The notes under the pieces were generated by a model. The model was not told where the DNA came from. It ran no database searches and worked only from the letters and a program-made list of their open reading frames with translations. Positions 1 to 10,029 of a stretch of DNA of 64,000 nucleotides are shown in pieces. The position numbers were made by a program, and so were the translations under genes. Position 1 is the first letter of the stretch, and the number at the start of each line of letters is the position of its first letter. This stretch comes from a virus (Duplodnaviria > Caudoviricetes): the IMG/VR virus record IMGVR_UViG_3300027749_000034, one strand, 5' to 3'.

Positions 1-1212
1 GTCTGGAGATGGTATATTTCCGGCAGTTGGTTGTTCACCGCCCTTGTGTGAATGTCCGCCATATGGTTCAGCTTCAGGTACACGAACAGAAATACTTCTA
101 CCAATTTCACTGTTGGTAATTAAACTGTTCTGGCTTGGTAATGTTGCTCTGTCTGCAACAGGTCCATTCAAGTCGATACGGTTTGCACTCAATCTCATTT
201 GACTGTCGGCAAGTATGTGTACATTGGCCGCTGACGTAATTTTTACATTGGTGGTTCCAGTTATGTTAAATTCTTCACATGCTTCTACCACTGCATTTTT
301 AGTGGCACTTAGATTTAGGCCTGCGCCAGCATTGATGTTGATGTCCTGGTTGGCATGAAAATTAATATTTTCTCCTGCGTGAACGCTGAAGTTTTTAGAA
401 CAGTACATGTCAATGTTGCCAGTGTCTTCGATTTCTACCCAGGCAGTACCCGACGCATTACTAAAGTAAATAAATCCTTCTTCGGCATCTAGTAAAATTT
501 GATTTCCTTTGCGTGTTCTAAATTGTATTTTGCCGCCGTTGCCATCTGCACCATCATCTAACAATAGATTATTTTGTCCAGGTGTCAAAAAGCCGTAGGC
601 ATAGCCTGGGTGCTTGCCCTTTGCTCTAAAAGGACTTGCATTGTTATGGCCTCTTCTAAGATCAGTGCCCAAGCCTTGAACATTAAGTTGTGCTGACTTT
701 GGATGCTTGGGACGTCTATCTTCGTTCGGGTCAGTTTTGTTATATCTGTTGCGTTCAGCCAGTGGCTTGATTTCATTTTTGTGTGTTAGTCCAGATGCAA
801 TGCCAGGTAGTGCATGAGTATGTGCATCAAATGGCAAACAAGCCCACCATATGCCTTGATGCAACTCTCCGTTGATAAATCCGCAAATTACTTGTACATC
901 TGGATGCGGTGGTACCATCCACATTCCATAGCTTTGGCTGGTCTGTGGAAATTCTGTTGCGCTGGTTGATTTTGATTCTGTTGGAGTGTTGGAGCCACCG
1001 GCAAATGGAGGGCAATATCTTACTGTGAACCAGCCCTGCTCATTGCTTTCTGAAGTACTGCTCAGTTGAGAAATCCATACTCGCAGTCTACCAAGACCTT
1101 CTTTGTCTGATGCATCTTTTACCTTGCCAATGTAGATGCCAAAGTTTTTTGCGCCGCCTCCGTCTCCACCTGAATGATGTTGTGCTTGGCCGCCTTGATT
1201 ACTTGCTTTCAT
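1..1212 (-). CDS. gp5: Baseplate central hub/spike protein, T4 gp5/VgrG-like (partial, runs off left edge)
   Basis: Not in the ORF track because it has no stop in the window. Hand translation from ATG 1212 gives MKASNQGG...GIYIGKVKDASDKEGLGRLRVWI...GMWMVPPHPDVQVICGFING (gp5 OB-fold like), later RIDLNGP and RVPEAEPYGGH; spot checks at both ends are in the same frame. Confidence 0.75.
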   Translation of the reverse strand, partial: MKASNQGGQAQHHSGGDGGGAKNFGIYIGKVKDASDKEGLGRLRVWISQLSSTSESNEQGWFTVRYCPPFAGGSNTPTESKSTSATEFPQTSQSYGMWMVPPHPDVQVICGFINGELHQGIWWACLPFDAHTHALPGIASGLTHKNEIKPLAERNRYNKTDPNEDRRPKHPKSAQLNVQGLGTDLRRGHNNASPFRAKGKHPGYAYGFLTPGQNNLLLDDGADGNGGKIQFRTRKGNQILLDAEEGFIYFSNASGTAWVEIEDTGNIDMYCSKNFSVHAGENINFHANQDININAGAGLNLSATKNAVVEACEEFNITGTTNVKITSAANVHILADSQMRLSANRIDLNGPVADRATLPSQNSLITNSEIGRSISVRVPEAEPYGGHSHKGGEQPTAGNIPSPD

Positions 1213-1224
1213 TTTTTGCCTTTA

Positions 1225-3474
1225 TCATGGTCTGCCAGAAGGCGTAGCGGCTGTTGTTGGTCCAGCACTGGTTGCAGAACCTTTACCGGTTTTGGTATCA
1301 TTGGGTTTACTTGTGGCCACATCTTTCTTCCACGGATTTGCCAGTACATCTCTGTTTGCTGTCAATTTTGTTGTGAACTTGCCCTTCTGAAATCTATTTA
1401 CAATTGTATAGGGCCAATATATTCCAGTTATGGCATCACTCTTACGCAGAGCCATTGTGTCATCGGCCGCATTATCTGCGCTGGGCACCTGTGCCTCAAA
1501 GTAAAATGCTCCTAGCCAGGTATGTGTACTGGCAGATTTACGCTTTTCTGCCATCTTCTCTTCTGTCAATTGTTCCTTTTCATATTCCCAGACATCGTCT
1601 TCCCATGGTTGTCGTTTGGCTGGGGTTCCTGGTATTTGCATTAACCAATAAGGATCGCCAACTACTTCTAGGTCTAATTTGACCAGTTCACCTCCACCAC
1701 TCATTCCATTGGCCACTTGCCTATAGATGCTGTACTCCTGAGCATTTTCTGGAGACAGCGCACCTTGGTTAGAACCCTGTGCTACTGTGGTGTTCATATG
1801 GTACCACTGTGCCTGTGTTGGATGCCACCCTTCTCGTGGTGCAGTTGGTCGATAAAGCAAATCTTCCATGTAACTTGTTGCCTTTGATGCTGTTGGCTTT
1901 TGTACTGTTTGTGCCGCGGCACAGGTAACAGCCTTAGAGCTACTTTTGGCAGCCGTCTGCTTGCTTGGTATTGAAGTTGCGGCAGTACCTTGTATTGGCT
2001 TTCCATCTTTGTCAATCCACAGTGGTCGAACACTTCGCCACATGTTGTCAATTTTAATTTCAGTGTTGATAACTTCAATGTTTTCACCTGTGTAAATCCA
2101 TTTGTAAACTTTTCGCAATAGACCTTTTTTAATCCAGTTATCGACTCGTTTATCTCGATTTGCTGGATTTTCAGAATCTTTGTACTCCTGTGGACTGACC
2201 ACTGCGGTTGCGTCTTCTCTGGTTGTTAAAAAATAATGAACTTCTTTTGCTGTATGTCCTAGCTTTTCGTCGTAGGCAATATCTTTACATCCAGGAATAA
2301 TTGCCAAGGTTTTCATTGGCATATGAATCGAAGCCGGATTAGTGTCAGTTGCATTGTACTCTTTCTTTCCATCAGTTACACGATGTAAAAACTTCAATAA
2401 GTCAGGACTGTTTGGCATTGAATTGGTAATGAATTGCTGTATTGTTTGTCCTGGTGTGCCTTGTATTTCTCCAGGTATCATACCCCAAAGAGATGTAAAT
2501 CCTTGCCATAGACTGTAAGAAAATGTCAAGTTTGTAATGTCTTTGTGAGCAGAAATCACATACTTGTGTGGAATACAACGAAGCCCACTTTTTACCTTTT
2601 CTGCTTCTCTGTCGTTTAATGCCTTTGCAAGATTTGTACAAAACTGTGCGATTGTTTTGGGACCATCTTTCATCCTGAAACCATCTTCTAATGTATAGTG
2701 ATCATTTAAAACTGCGGCACCATCATTTGGTGTACCTTTGAAATCATATGTTGCACCTTTGTAGTCCAGTTTCATATGTAATTCATCCAGGCGAATATAC
2801 CAACGAAAGACGAGTTCTTCTCCGCTCCAGCCTTTGCATATTTCTGGCAGGTCTGAATCAGTATTGTATCCAGTAAACCATACTTCTAGCAAATACAATG
2901 CTACGCCATTGGTTTCATATCCTAAATTCATTGCGGATAGACTGAGAGACTCAATTAGTCTACCGCCTATTGGTTCTACTATTTTACCAGAAATGCTGGT
3001 TGGCTTTTGTGTGTAGTAATTGCCAGTAGCATTTTTTGTTCCTGCCACACTTATTTGTAATTCTTCTAGGTGCACTGATCCAGCACCACCTGTTTCCCAC
3101 ATTACTATGCCATTTTTATAATCATACGATCGTTCTGGTCTGGTCTGCTTGGTCTCTGCTGTTGGCATCATTGTCAATCTAGTGTTATAGGTCATGTTCC
3201 TATAATTTTGCAAAGGATTATAATGTGTGTCGGGTAATCCAATGTCATCATTATAAGTTGGTTTTGTGTTAGGTCCAGCCGACGGGGTAGACGCCGGAGT
3301 TGAGTTGCCAGCTGATGCCAACTGCGCGGCTGTTGGTCCACCTTGGCCGCCACCGGCACCACTGGGCGCAGGAATTGCCTGTGTGGCTCCTGCCCGCTGT
3401 CCTTGTGCTGTGATGTTTGGGTTGCCAAATGCGGCACCGCCACCGTTTGAAACGAATCCTGGGCTGGTTGCCAT
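1225..3474 (-). CDS. Putative baseplate hub protein (gp27/late control D-like)
   Basis: 749-aa ORF between gp53-like and gp5-like genes; C-terminal LDLEVVGDPYWL and GKFTTKL resemble hub proteins. Confidence 0.5.
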   Translation of the reverse strand: MATSPGFVSNGGGAAFGNPNITAQGQRAGATQAIPAPSGAGGGQGGPTAAQLASAGNSTPASTPSAGPNTKPTYNDDIGLPDTHYNPLQNYRNMTYNTRLTMMPTAETKQTRPERSYDYKNGIVMWETGGAGSVHLEELQISVAGTKNATGNYYTQKPTSISGKIVEPIGGRLIESLSLSAMNLGYETNGVALYLLEVWFTGYNTDSDLPEICKGWSGEELVFRWYIRLDELHMKLDYKGATYDFKGTPNDGAAVLNDHYTLEDGFRMKDGPKTIAQFCTNLAKALNDREAEKVKSGLRCIPHKYVISAHKDITNLTFSYSLWQGFTSLWGMIPGEIQGTPGQTIQQFITNSMPNSPDLLKFLHRVTDGKKEYNATDTNPASIHMPMKTLAIIPGCKDIAYDEKLGHTAKEVHYFLTTREDATAVVSPQEYKDSENPANRDKRVDNWIKKGLLRKVYKWIYTGENIEVINTEIKIDNMWRSVRPLWIDKDGKPIQGTAATSIPSKQTAAKSSSKAVTCAAAQTVQKPTASKATSYMEDLLYRPTAPREGWHPTQAQWYHMNTTVAQGSNQGALSPENAQEYSIYRQVANGMSGGGELVKLDLEVVGDPYWLMQIPGTPAKRQPWEDDVWEYEKEQLTEEKMAEKRKSASTHTWLGAFYFEAQVPSADNAADDTMALRKSDAITGIYWPYTIVNRFQKGKFTTKLTANRDVLANPWKKDVATSKPNDTKTGKGSATSAGPTTAATPSGRP

Positions 3475-3773
3475 TATGTTACCCCAGCAATATCTTTTTT
3501 AGACAATACTATCAATGTCATTCCAATTTTTAAATCTCTAATAGGATCTTTGATCTGGTCTCTGTTGAGTAAAGCAATTACCCACCAGTATTCGCTGGTT
3601 CCATACAGATCATAACTTAATAAATCCATACGGTACTGATACTTGGGAGCCACTACCAACAGCTCAGGTGTCTTATTTCTAAGCATATCTTCTGCTCTTG
3701 GCAATACCGCGCGAGCTAGATAAAAATCATTGACTGGTGTATTTGCATACTGATTAATTCCAACAGTTTCCAT
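3474..3773 (-). CDS. Baseplate wedge protein, gp53/LysM-like
   Basis: 99 aa with YQYRMDLLSYDLYGTSEYWWVIALLN, a typical gp53/LysM-like pattern; baseplate context. Confidence 0.65.
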   Translation of the reverse strand: METVGINQYANTPVNDFYLARAVLPRAEDMLRNKTPELLVVAPKYQYRMDLLSYDLYGTSEYWWVIALLNRDQIKDPIRDLKIGMTLIVLSKKDIAGVT

Positions 3774-4331
3774 TTAAATGTATCCATTTCCAAGTAACTT
3801 GCCTGATTGAAACTTTTCAAGTGAATAGTTTTTAACAGCTTCGAGCGGATTTATTTGAACAATCAAGCTAACTGTCATTTCAAACAATACAGGTACTGCC
3901 AGCGTACCACCCAATGCCGAAGCAGTTATGTAATCTACATCGTTGGGAAAATCATAGTTAAAACTTTTTACCACCACCGGAGTATTGTTGTAGAATCCAT
4001 GTGCTGTAAATCTTCCAATTGGAGGCGGCGTACCTTTCTTGGCGTCACCGCGGCCATAATACATGCTGGTTGCACTTCGTAACAGATGAATGGCATTTAT
4101 TGTTCTAATTGCTTCTTCGGTATTGCGACTGAACCAAGGACCACTGATGCTAATCGTTGGAGTTGCACGATTACCAAATGCACTAGGTTGATAGTTGGTA
4201 TGCTGAAGTTCCCATGTGCTGTAGTTTACTTCGATGCTTTGATTGATCTTAGGGGTAGCAGGCCACTCCACTGTTCCATTAGAAGAGAAAGCTTTGAATG
4301 AAAGTGAGACCGGTGTTGCTATTTTTGCCAT
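3774..4331 (-). CDS. Tube-fold baseplate/tail initiator protein (putative)
   Basis: 185-aa ORF in the baseplate operon (WPATPKINQS...VNY...PPP...VVKSFNYDFP...VP) immediately upstream of the gp53-like gene. Confidence 0.45.
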   Translation of the reverse strand: MAKIATPVSLSFKAFSSNGTVEWPATPKINQSIEVNYSTWELQHTNYQPSAFGNRATPTISISGPWFSRNTEEAIRTINAIHLLRSATSMYYGRGDAKKGTPPPIGRFTAHGFYNNTPVVVKSFNYDFPNDVDYITASALGGTLAVPVLFEMTVSLIVQINPLEAVKNYSLEKFQSGKLLGNGYI

Positions 4332-4332
4332 A

Positions 4333-4980
4333 TTAACCTAATTTTGCATCAAAGATGCGTTTGATTTTTTTGATTGCTGTTCCACCGTTTGGATACAGTT
4401 CATTCAAGATTATAGTTCTTCCTTCATCGGTTGCATTCTGATACAACTCTCTAATTTGACTGGCGCTGTTTATTTTTTTGCCGGCAATACTGAATTCAAC
4501 ATCAGCCACAGGTACAACATATCCGTGGCCGGCTCGAGTGCCATCCTTATTTTTCTTGTTGCTGAACGGCAACATGTTTTTGCCTGTGTACTTTTGAAAG
4601 TAACTTGGTGATCCGTCTTTCAACGGAGAGAATGTGAATCTTGGATCTTCAGCCATGTCTTTTTGTCCAACGCCAAACACCATAATGTCTTTGTCTGAGT
4701 TCAAATTTAACTTAGACGGTAAATTTTGAGGAGCATACGGAGTTGTTTCTTCAACCACATGATCAGCTGTTATACCTGCCGCCTGCATCATTAGTAATTT
4801 TTCTGCAAATGTAAACGGACTTTTATTCGGCTCTACCTTCCCGCTGGTGGTTATGTAAGTATTGTTAATGCCAAACTTGGAGGCCAGCTCTTGAAACACT
4901 TCAGCATGTCCACGGTGAAATGGATGAAAGCGGCCTGCATAAATGGCAACAATACGGGGTTGTAAATCGGTAATCTTCAT
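4333..4980 (-). CDS. Cytidylyltransferase-like (HIGH-motif) nucleotidyltransferase
   Basis: YAGRFHPFHRGH motif and SASQIRE; the ORF track starts at 4995, but ATG 4980 has a GGAG SD. Confidence 0.7.
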   Translation of the reverse strand: MKITDLQPRIVAIYAGRFHPFHRGHAEVFQELASKFGINNTYITTSGKVEPNKSPFTFAEKLLMMQAAGITADHVVEETTPYAPQNLPSKLNLNSDKDIMVFGVGQKDMAEDPRFTFSPLKDGSPSYFQKYTGKNMLPFSNKKNKDGTRAGHGYVVPVADVEFSIAGKKINSASQIRELYQNATDEGRTIILNELYPNGGTAIKKIKRIFDAKLG

Positions 4981-4998
4981 AGATGGTATCTCCATGTC

Positions 4999-5006
4999 TA
5001 TTTACC
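4999..5006 (-). promoter_or_regulatory. Putative late promoter GGTAAATA for the baseplate operon
   Basis: Matches the TAARTA motif recurring before structural genes. Confidence 0.55.
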
Positions 5007-5032
5007 GTTCTTATTATGTACCTACTTTACCG

Positions 5033-5061
5033 TTGACAAGGTAAAACGAATCTGCTATACT
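5033..5061 (+). promoter_or_regulatory. Sigma70-type promoter TTGACA-N17-TATACT
   Basis: Near-consensus elements with 17-bp spacing upstream of the gp55-like gene. Confidence 0.8.
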
Positions 5062-5080
5062 AGTTCATAAGGAGCTTATT

Positions 5081-6037
5081 GTGATAGAAGAAGAAAAAAC
5101 AAAAACAGTTTATCTTAAAAACAAAGATATTCTTGCAGAAATACATCGTAGCAAAATGAGTTACTGTTGGAAGGAATCACCAGAATTCCAACAATACGAC
5201 TATATTGTTGCAGACCTAAAAAGTTTTCATAACCGAAAAACAAAAGCTTGCCCTGAAGGCGCTATCAATCTAGCAAAGGATGCTAGAGCCAGTAGGTTGA
5301 GTCAAATTGCACATAAAGCGGCCTTGGCCAATTGGGAAGCCGCCGGCGGCAAAGCCAGTACCAAGCCTAAAGCAGATGAATTTGAAATTGTGCCAAAAAA
5401 GATTCCTACTGCTGACTTGGTTGTTCGTCTTATGACATTTGAACATATTCCACTAGAGCCAGGTCGTAAAAATAATCCCAAGAGCCTTGCTGACCACCGT
5501 AGTAAAGTAAATTTTCCTCCATTCAAACACTTTGTAATCAATGAAGATGGCACATGGCGAGAAGTACTGCGTAGTCATTGGAAGGGCGATTTAAAGACTG
5601 GCGCATTTGACAAAGATCACGGACAGATTACAAATCGACTTGGTGCCATGTTCTTAAAGCTGTGCGAGCGTTACAGCTTACGAAGCAACTGGCGAGGTTA
5701 CAGCTATGTGGATGAAATGCGTGGACAGGCTCTTATTCAGCTTACACAAATTGCCCTACAGTTTGATGAAGGCAAGAGTCAAAACCCATTTGCTTATTAT
5801 ACTGCCGCTGTGACCAACAGCTTTACTCGTGTGCTTAATGTAGAAAAACGACAGCGTGATATTCGCGATGATATGTTACAGAACTCAGGACAAATGCCAA
5901 GTTGGACTCGTCAGATGGAAAGTTCGCAACATCACCATGCGGAAGTTGAACGACTCAATGCTCTCAAAGATGCAGAAGCATTGGCCGCAACTCTAGTAGA
6001 TGAAGGGGAAACAACAAATGACGAATCCATTTCGTGA
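5081..6037 (+). CDS. gp55: Late-transcription sigma factor, T4 gp55-like
   Basis: NWRGYSYVDEM...FDEGKSQNPFAYYT...SFTRVLNVEKRQ matches the gp55 core; GTG start with GGAG SD. Confidence 0.8.
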   Translation: MIEEEKTKTVYLKNKDILAEIHRSKMSYCWKESPEFQQYDYIVADLKSFHNRKTKACPEGAINLAKDARASRLSQIAHKAALANWEAAGGKASTKPKADEFEIVPKKIPTADLVVRLMTFEHIPLEPGRKNNPKSLADHRSKVNFPPFKHFVINEDGTWREVLRSHWKGDLKTGAFDKDHGQITNRLGAMFLKLCERYSLRSNWRGYSYVDEMRGQALIQLTQIALQFDEGKSQNPFAYYTAAVTNSFTRVLNVEKRQRDIRDDMLQNSGQMPSWTRQMESSQHHHAEVERLNALKDAEALAATLVDEGETTNDESIS

Positions 6038-6419
6038 TCAAGAAAAGTTCATGCGGGCATGCGATCAAACTGTAGGTGAGTTTGATCAACAACAGTTTGC
6101 AATGTATCTCAATCTTATCAAAGAAGAGACCACCGAACTCACTGAAGCAATTAATAATACTGATGCAGTTGAAACATTAGATGCATTAATTGACATCCTT
6201 GTTGTTACCATTGGGGCGATACATAGTATGGGTGCTGATGGCGAAGGTGCTTGGAAAGAAGTTATGAAAACTAACTTTGCCAAGATAGATAGTGAAACTG
6301 GAAAAGTTCGTAAGCGTGAGGATGGCAAGGTTTTAAAACCACTTGGATGGGAGCCACCTGAGCTAGCTCAATTTTTTAAAACAATAAGGAGAGTCAAGTA
6401 TGCATGCCGACAGTCTTAG
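6018..6419 (+). CDS. MazG/PRA-PH-like NTP pyrophosphohydrolase
   Basis: LIKEETTEL...LDALIDILVVTIG...TNFAK...REDGKVLKP; start moved to ATG 6018. Confidence 0.75.
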   Translation: MTNPFRDQEKFMRACDQTVGEFDQQQFAMYLNLIKEETTELTEAINNTDAVETLDALIDILVVTIGAIHSMGADGEGAWKEVMKTNFAKIDSETGKVRKREDGKVLKPLGWEPPELAQFFKTIRRVKYACRQS

Positions 6420-6591
6420 ACATCACATTAGTCATTTGGAAAACTCACATAATGAAATGGATCGTAAAATTCGTGCCATGGAGGCCAGTTACAAAGACAA
6501 CTTGTCGATCCAAGAAATGAAAAAGAAGAAACTATACATCAAAGAAGAAATAGAAAGATGTAGACAAAAACTTGCAGAAATGTTACAATAA
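6400..6591 (+). CDS. Small coiled-coil protein (DUF465/YdcH-like)
   Basis: LENSHNEMDRKI...MKKKKLYIKEEI pattern. Confidence 0.55.
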   Translation: MHADSLRHHISHLENSHNEMDRKIRAMEASYKDNLSIQEMKKKKLYIKEEIERCRQKLAEMLQ

Positions 6592-6594
6592 CTG

Positions 6595-7617
6595 ATGACT
6601 CAACCTTTTAAAAAAGCTGTATGCTTTACAGATATTCATTTTGGCCTAAGAAACAACAGCAGAGCCCATAATGATGATTGTGAAAACTTTATCAAGTGGA
6701 TGACCCAGGAAGCCAAGCAAGCAGGTGCTGAAACATGCATCTTCCTTGGTGATTGGCACAACAACAGGTCCGCTGTCAATGTCAGTACATTAAATTATAC
6801 CACGTCAAATATCAAGTATCTATCGGAAAACTTTGAACAGGTGTATGTTATCATGGGCAATCATGATTTAGCATACAGAGAGAAGCGAGAGATCAATTCA
6901 CTGCCCTTTGCCAAACACTTGAGCAATGTCAATTTAATTGACGAAATTACCACCATTGGTGACATGACCATTGTTCCTTGGCTGGTTGGCAGTGAATGGG
7001 AGGATATGAAAAAGTTAAAGAGTCGCTATGTGTTTGGACACTTTGAACTGCCGCACTTTAAAATGAATGCCATGGTAGAAATGCCAGACCATGGTGGACT
7101 CAACGAAGGACACTTTCCCAATCAAGAGCTGGTGTTCTCAGGACACTTTCATAAACGACAGCGCAGAGGCAATGTGGTGTACATGGGCAATTGCTTTCCA
7201 CACAACTATGCAGATGCTTGGGATGATGAGCGTGGCTGTATGTTCTTGGAGTACGGCGGAGAGCCAGAATTTAGAACCTGGGACAAGGCTCCTAAATTTA
7301 AAACACTTACCTTGACTCAGGCCATTGATCGTCATGCAGAACTGTTTGACAGTCAAACCTTTGCCAGAGTCACGATTGATGTGGACATCAGCTACGAAGA
7401 AGCCAGCTACATTAAAGAGCAATGGGTAGACGCATACAACATGCGGGAACTCAGTCTAAGTCCCGGCAAAACAGAAGAACATGCAACAGAGTGGACTGGT
7501 GGAGAGATAAAATTTGAAAGCGTTGATGCAATCGTGCTTAATCAAATACAGGCCATCGACTCTGCTCACATTGACAAACAAATACTGGCACATATCTATC
7601 AGGGACTTACCAATTGA
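6595..7617 (+). CDS. gp47: Recombination endonuclease subunit (gp47/SbcD/Mre11)
   Basis: Metallophosphoesterase motifs DIH, GDWH, GNHD, GHF, SGHFH. Confidence 0.9.
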   Translation: MTQPFKKAVCFTDIHFGLRNNSRAHNDDCENFIKWMTQEAKQAGAETCIFLGDWHNNRSAVNVSTLNYTTSNIKYLSENFEQVYVIMGNHDLAYREKREINSLPFAKHLSNVNLIDEITTIGDMTIVPWLVGSEWEDMKKLKSRYVFGHFELPHFKMNAMVEMPDHGGLNEGHFPNQELVFSGHFHKRQRRGNVVYMGNCFPHNYADAWDDERGCMFLEYGGEPEFRTWDKAPKFKTLTLTQAIDRHAELFDSQTFARVTIDVDISYEEASYIKEQWVDAYNMRELSLSPGKTEEHATEWTGGEIKFESVDAIVLNQIQAIDSAHIDKQILAHIYQGLTN

Positions 7618-9392
7618 TCAAGTTTAAAAATATAACCATTAAGAATTTTATGAGCGTGGGTAATGTTACCCAGGCTCTTCGTATGGATCAGTATGGCATG
7701 ACCTTGGTACTAGGCAACAATCTAGACCTGGGTGGTGATGGTGCTAGAAATGGTGTGGGTAAAACCACCATTGTCAATGCACTCAGCTATGCCATATTTG
7801 GATCTGCTCTCACAAACATACGCAAAGAAAACTTGATCAACAAGACCAATGCCAAGAACATGATTGTTACAGTTGAGTTTGAGAAAAACGGCAACAAGTA
7901 TACCATTGAGCGTGGCCGCAAACCCAACTTGCTGAGATTCATTGTTGACGACCAAGAAGTAAGCGAAGCAGGCACTGATGAAGGTGCAGGCGAAAACCGA
8001 GTAACACAAGAAGCCATTGACAGAGTGGTTGGCATGAGTGCTGAGATGTTCAAGCACTTGGTTGCATTGAACACTTATACACAGCCGTTCCTGAGTCTCA
8101 AGAGTGGAGACCAGCGTGATATCATTGAAGAACTGCTGGGCATCACACAACTGAGTGAGAAGGCTGAAATTCTTAGAGAACAAATTAAATCTAGCAAAGA
8201 AGTGATTCGAGATGAAGATGCTCGCATCAAGGCTCTGCAAGAAAGTAATGTCAGAGTACAAACCAGCATTGATGATCTAGAACGCAGAAGCCGTATCTGG
8301 GCCAAGAAGAAGGAAGATGAAATCAGCAGTTTTGGTTCAGCCATCACGGAATTAGAAAATACAGACATTGAAGCTGAACTCGAAGCGCATCGCTCGTTGG
8401 TGGTATTCAAAGAAAATGAAAGTCGCCTAAAGTTAGCCAATAAAGAACTGGCCATGCATCAGAGCAACATTAAAAAGTTAGCAGATGCCATGACCTTGGC
8501 CCAATCCAATTTAGAAGCCATTGTTGATCATCAATGCCCCAGCTGTGGGCAAGAGGTACATGATTCAACACATGATGTGATGATTTCAAAAGCAGAAGAT
8601 GCCATTGAACTGATTGAAAAGTCAAAGGCCGAAGAACAAACAGCATTGGATCAGGCCAATGCCACTGTCAAACAAATTGGCAATCTTGCAGATCGTCCTT
8701 CAACAAAATATATCAATGTTGAAGATGCCATGGCTCATAAAAATAATCTTGACAATGCAAAAAAGCAATTGGAAAACAGGATCGCCGAACATGATCCTTA
8801 TCAAGAGCAAATCGGTGCTCTTAAAAATACAGCTCTTGCAGAGGTTAGCTGGGACGAAATTAACCGTGTAAGTAAGCTTCTAGAGCATCAGGAATTTTTA
8901 CTAAAATTACTCACAAGCAAAGACTCATTTGTCCGAAAACGCATTATTGAACAGAATCTTGCGTATTTGAATCACAGATTGGGTTATTACTTGGATAAGT
9001 TACAATTACCACATCAGGTTTCTTTTAGAAGCGATTTGGAAGTTGATATCAGTCAATTGGGTCAAACTTTTGATTTTGATAATTTGAGTAGGGGAGAACG
9101 CAATCGTTTAATTCTAGCACTAAGCTGGAGTTTTAGAGATGTGTATGAAAGCTTTACAGAGCCAATGAACTTGTTGTTTATCGACGAGTTAGTAGATTCT
9201 GGAATGGATAGTGTTGGTATTGAAGCATCGATGGCTGTGTTAAAAGCCATGGGCAGAGAAATGAATCGTAACATTTTCTTAATCTCACATAGAGATGAGT
9301 TAGCAAGTCGAGTCAATAATGTGCTCATGGTTGTTAAAGAAAACGGATTCACCATGCTTGATACTGACACACAGGTAAATGAAATTAACTAA
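7614..9392 (+). CDS. gp46: Recombination ATPase subunit (gp46/SbcC/Rad50)
   Basis: Walker A NGVGKTT, coiled coil with CPSCG hook, LSRGE signature, Walker B LFIDE. Confidence 0.92.
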   Translation: MIKFKNITIKNFMSVGNVTQALRMDQYGMTLVLGNNLDLGGDGARNGVGKTTIVNALSYAIFGSALTNIRKENLINKTNAKNMIVTVEFEKNGNKYTIERGRKPNLLRFIVDDQEVSEAGTDEGAGENRVTQEAIDRVVGMSAEMFKHLVALNTYTQPFLSLKSGDQRDIIEELLGITQLSEKAEILREQIKSSKEVIRDEDARIKALQESNVRVQTSIDDLERRSRIWAKKKEDEISSFGSAITELENTDIEAELEAHRSLVVFKENESRLKLANKELAMHQSNIKKLADAMTLAQSNLEAIVDHQCPSCGQEVHDSTHDVMISKAEDAIELIEKSKAEEQTALDQANATVKQIGNLADRPSTKYINVEDAMAHKNNLDNAKKQLENRIAEHDPYQEQIGALKNTALAEVSWDEINRVSKLLEHQEFLLKLLTSKDSFVRKRIIEQNLAYLNHRLGYYLDKLQLPHQVSFRSDLEVDISQLGQTFDFDNLSRGERNRLILALSWSFRDVYESFTEPMNLLFIDELVDSGMDSVGIEASMAVLKAMGREMNRNIFLISHRDELASRVNNVLMVVKENGFTMLDTDTQVNEIN

Positions 9393-9402
9393 GGGGACAT
9401 TA

Positions 9403-9591
9403 ATGTCAAATCACGAAACATTGTTAGAGCAGTTTGAAAACTACAAAAGCGAAAACGAAAAGTTCACTGCAAAAGGTGTCAAAGCCGCGGCCGCTCGTGC
9501 TCGCAAGGCTCTGCAAGAAATGAGCAAGGCCATCAAAGAACGCCGTAAAGAGATTACAGCCGAGAAAGAAGCCCTGTCAACTCCCAAGTAA
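9403..9591 (+). CDS. Small basic protein, histone H1-like Hc1 family (putative)
   Basis: KGVKAAAARARKAL...KERRKEI resembles the Hc1 N-terminus; GGGGA SD before ATG 9403. Confidence 0.55.
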   Translation: MSNHETLLEQFENYKSENEKFTAKGVKAAAARARKALQEMSKAIKERRKEITAEKEALSTPK

Positions 9592-10019
9592 TGACTTGGC
9601 TGTATCAAGGTACTGTGGTAGATGTACTTCCTGAAGAATGTGTTGGTTTTGTTTATCTTATAACAAATAAAACTGACCATCGGATGTATATTGGCAAAAA
9701 GTTAGCAAAATTTTCCAAGACTACCTATAAAGTGGTCAAACAGAAAAATGGAGTCAAGAAGAAAAAGCGTATTCGTTCTAAGATTGACTCAGACTGGAAA
9801 GAATACTACGGTAGCAATGATCAGTTGAACAAAGATGTAGAATCTCTTGGTAGAGATAACTTTATTAGAGAGATTCTACATTACTGTAATTCAAAGGCTG
9901 TATGCTCTTACATAGAGGCCAAAGAACAATTTGATAGAAAAGTATTGGAATCGACAGATTATTACAATGGACAAATTAGTGTTCGTGTACATGGCTCACA
10001 CATAATAAACAAGCTGTAA
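9591..10019 (+). CDS. GIY-YIG endonuclease, catalytic domain only
   Basis: GFVY-LITN...MYIG motif, WKEYYGS, FIREIL, EAKEQ, YYN; 142 aa with no C-terminal DNA-binding domain. Confidence 0.8.
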   Translation: MTWLYQGTVVDVLPEECVGFVYLITNKTDHRMYIGKKLAKFSKTTYKVVKQKNGVKKKKRIRSKIDSDWKEYYGSNDQLNKDVESLGRDNFIREILHYCNSKAVCSYIEAKEQFDRKVLESTDYYNGQISVRVHGSHIINKL

Positions 10020-10029
10020 CAACGGCTAT

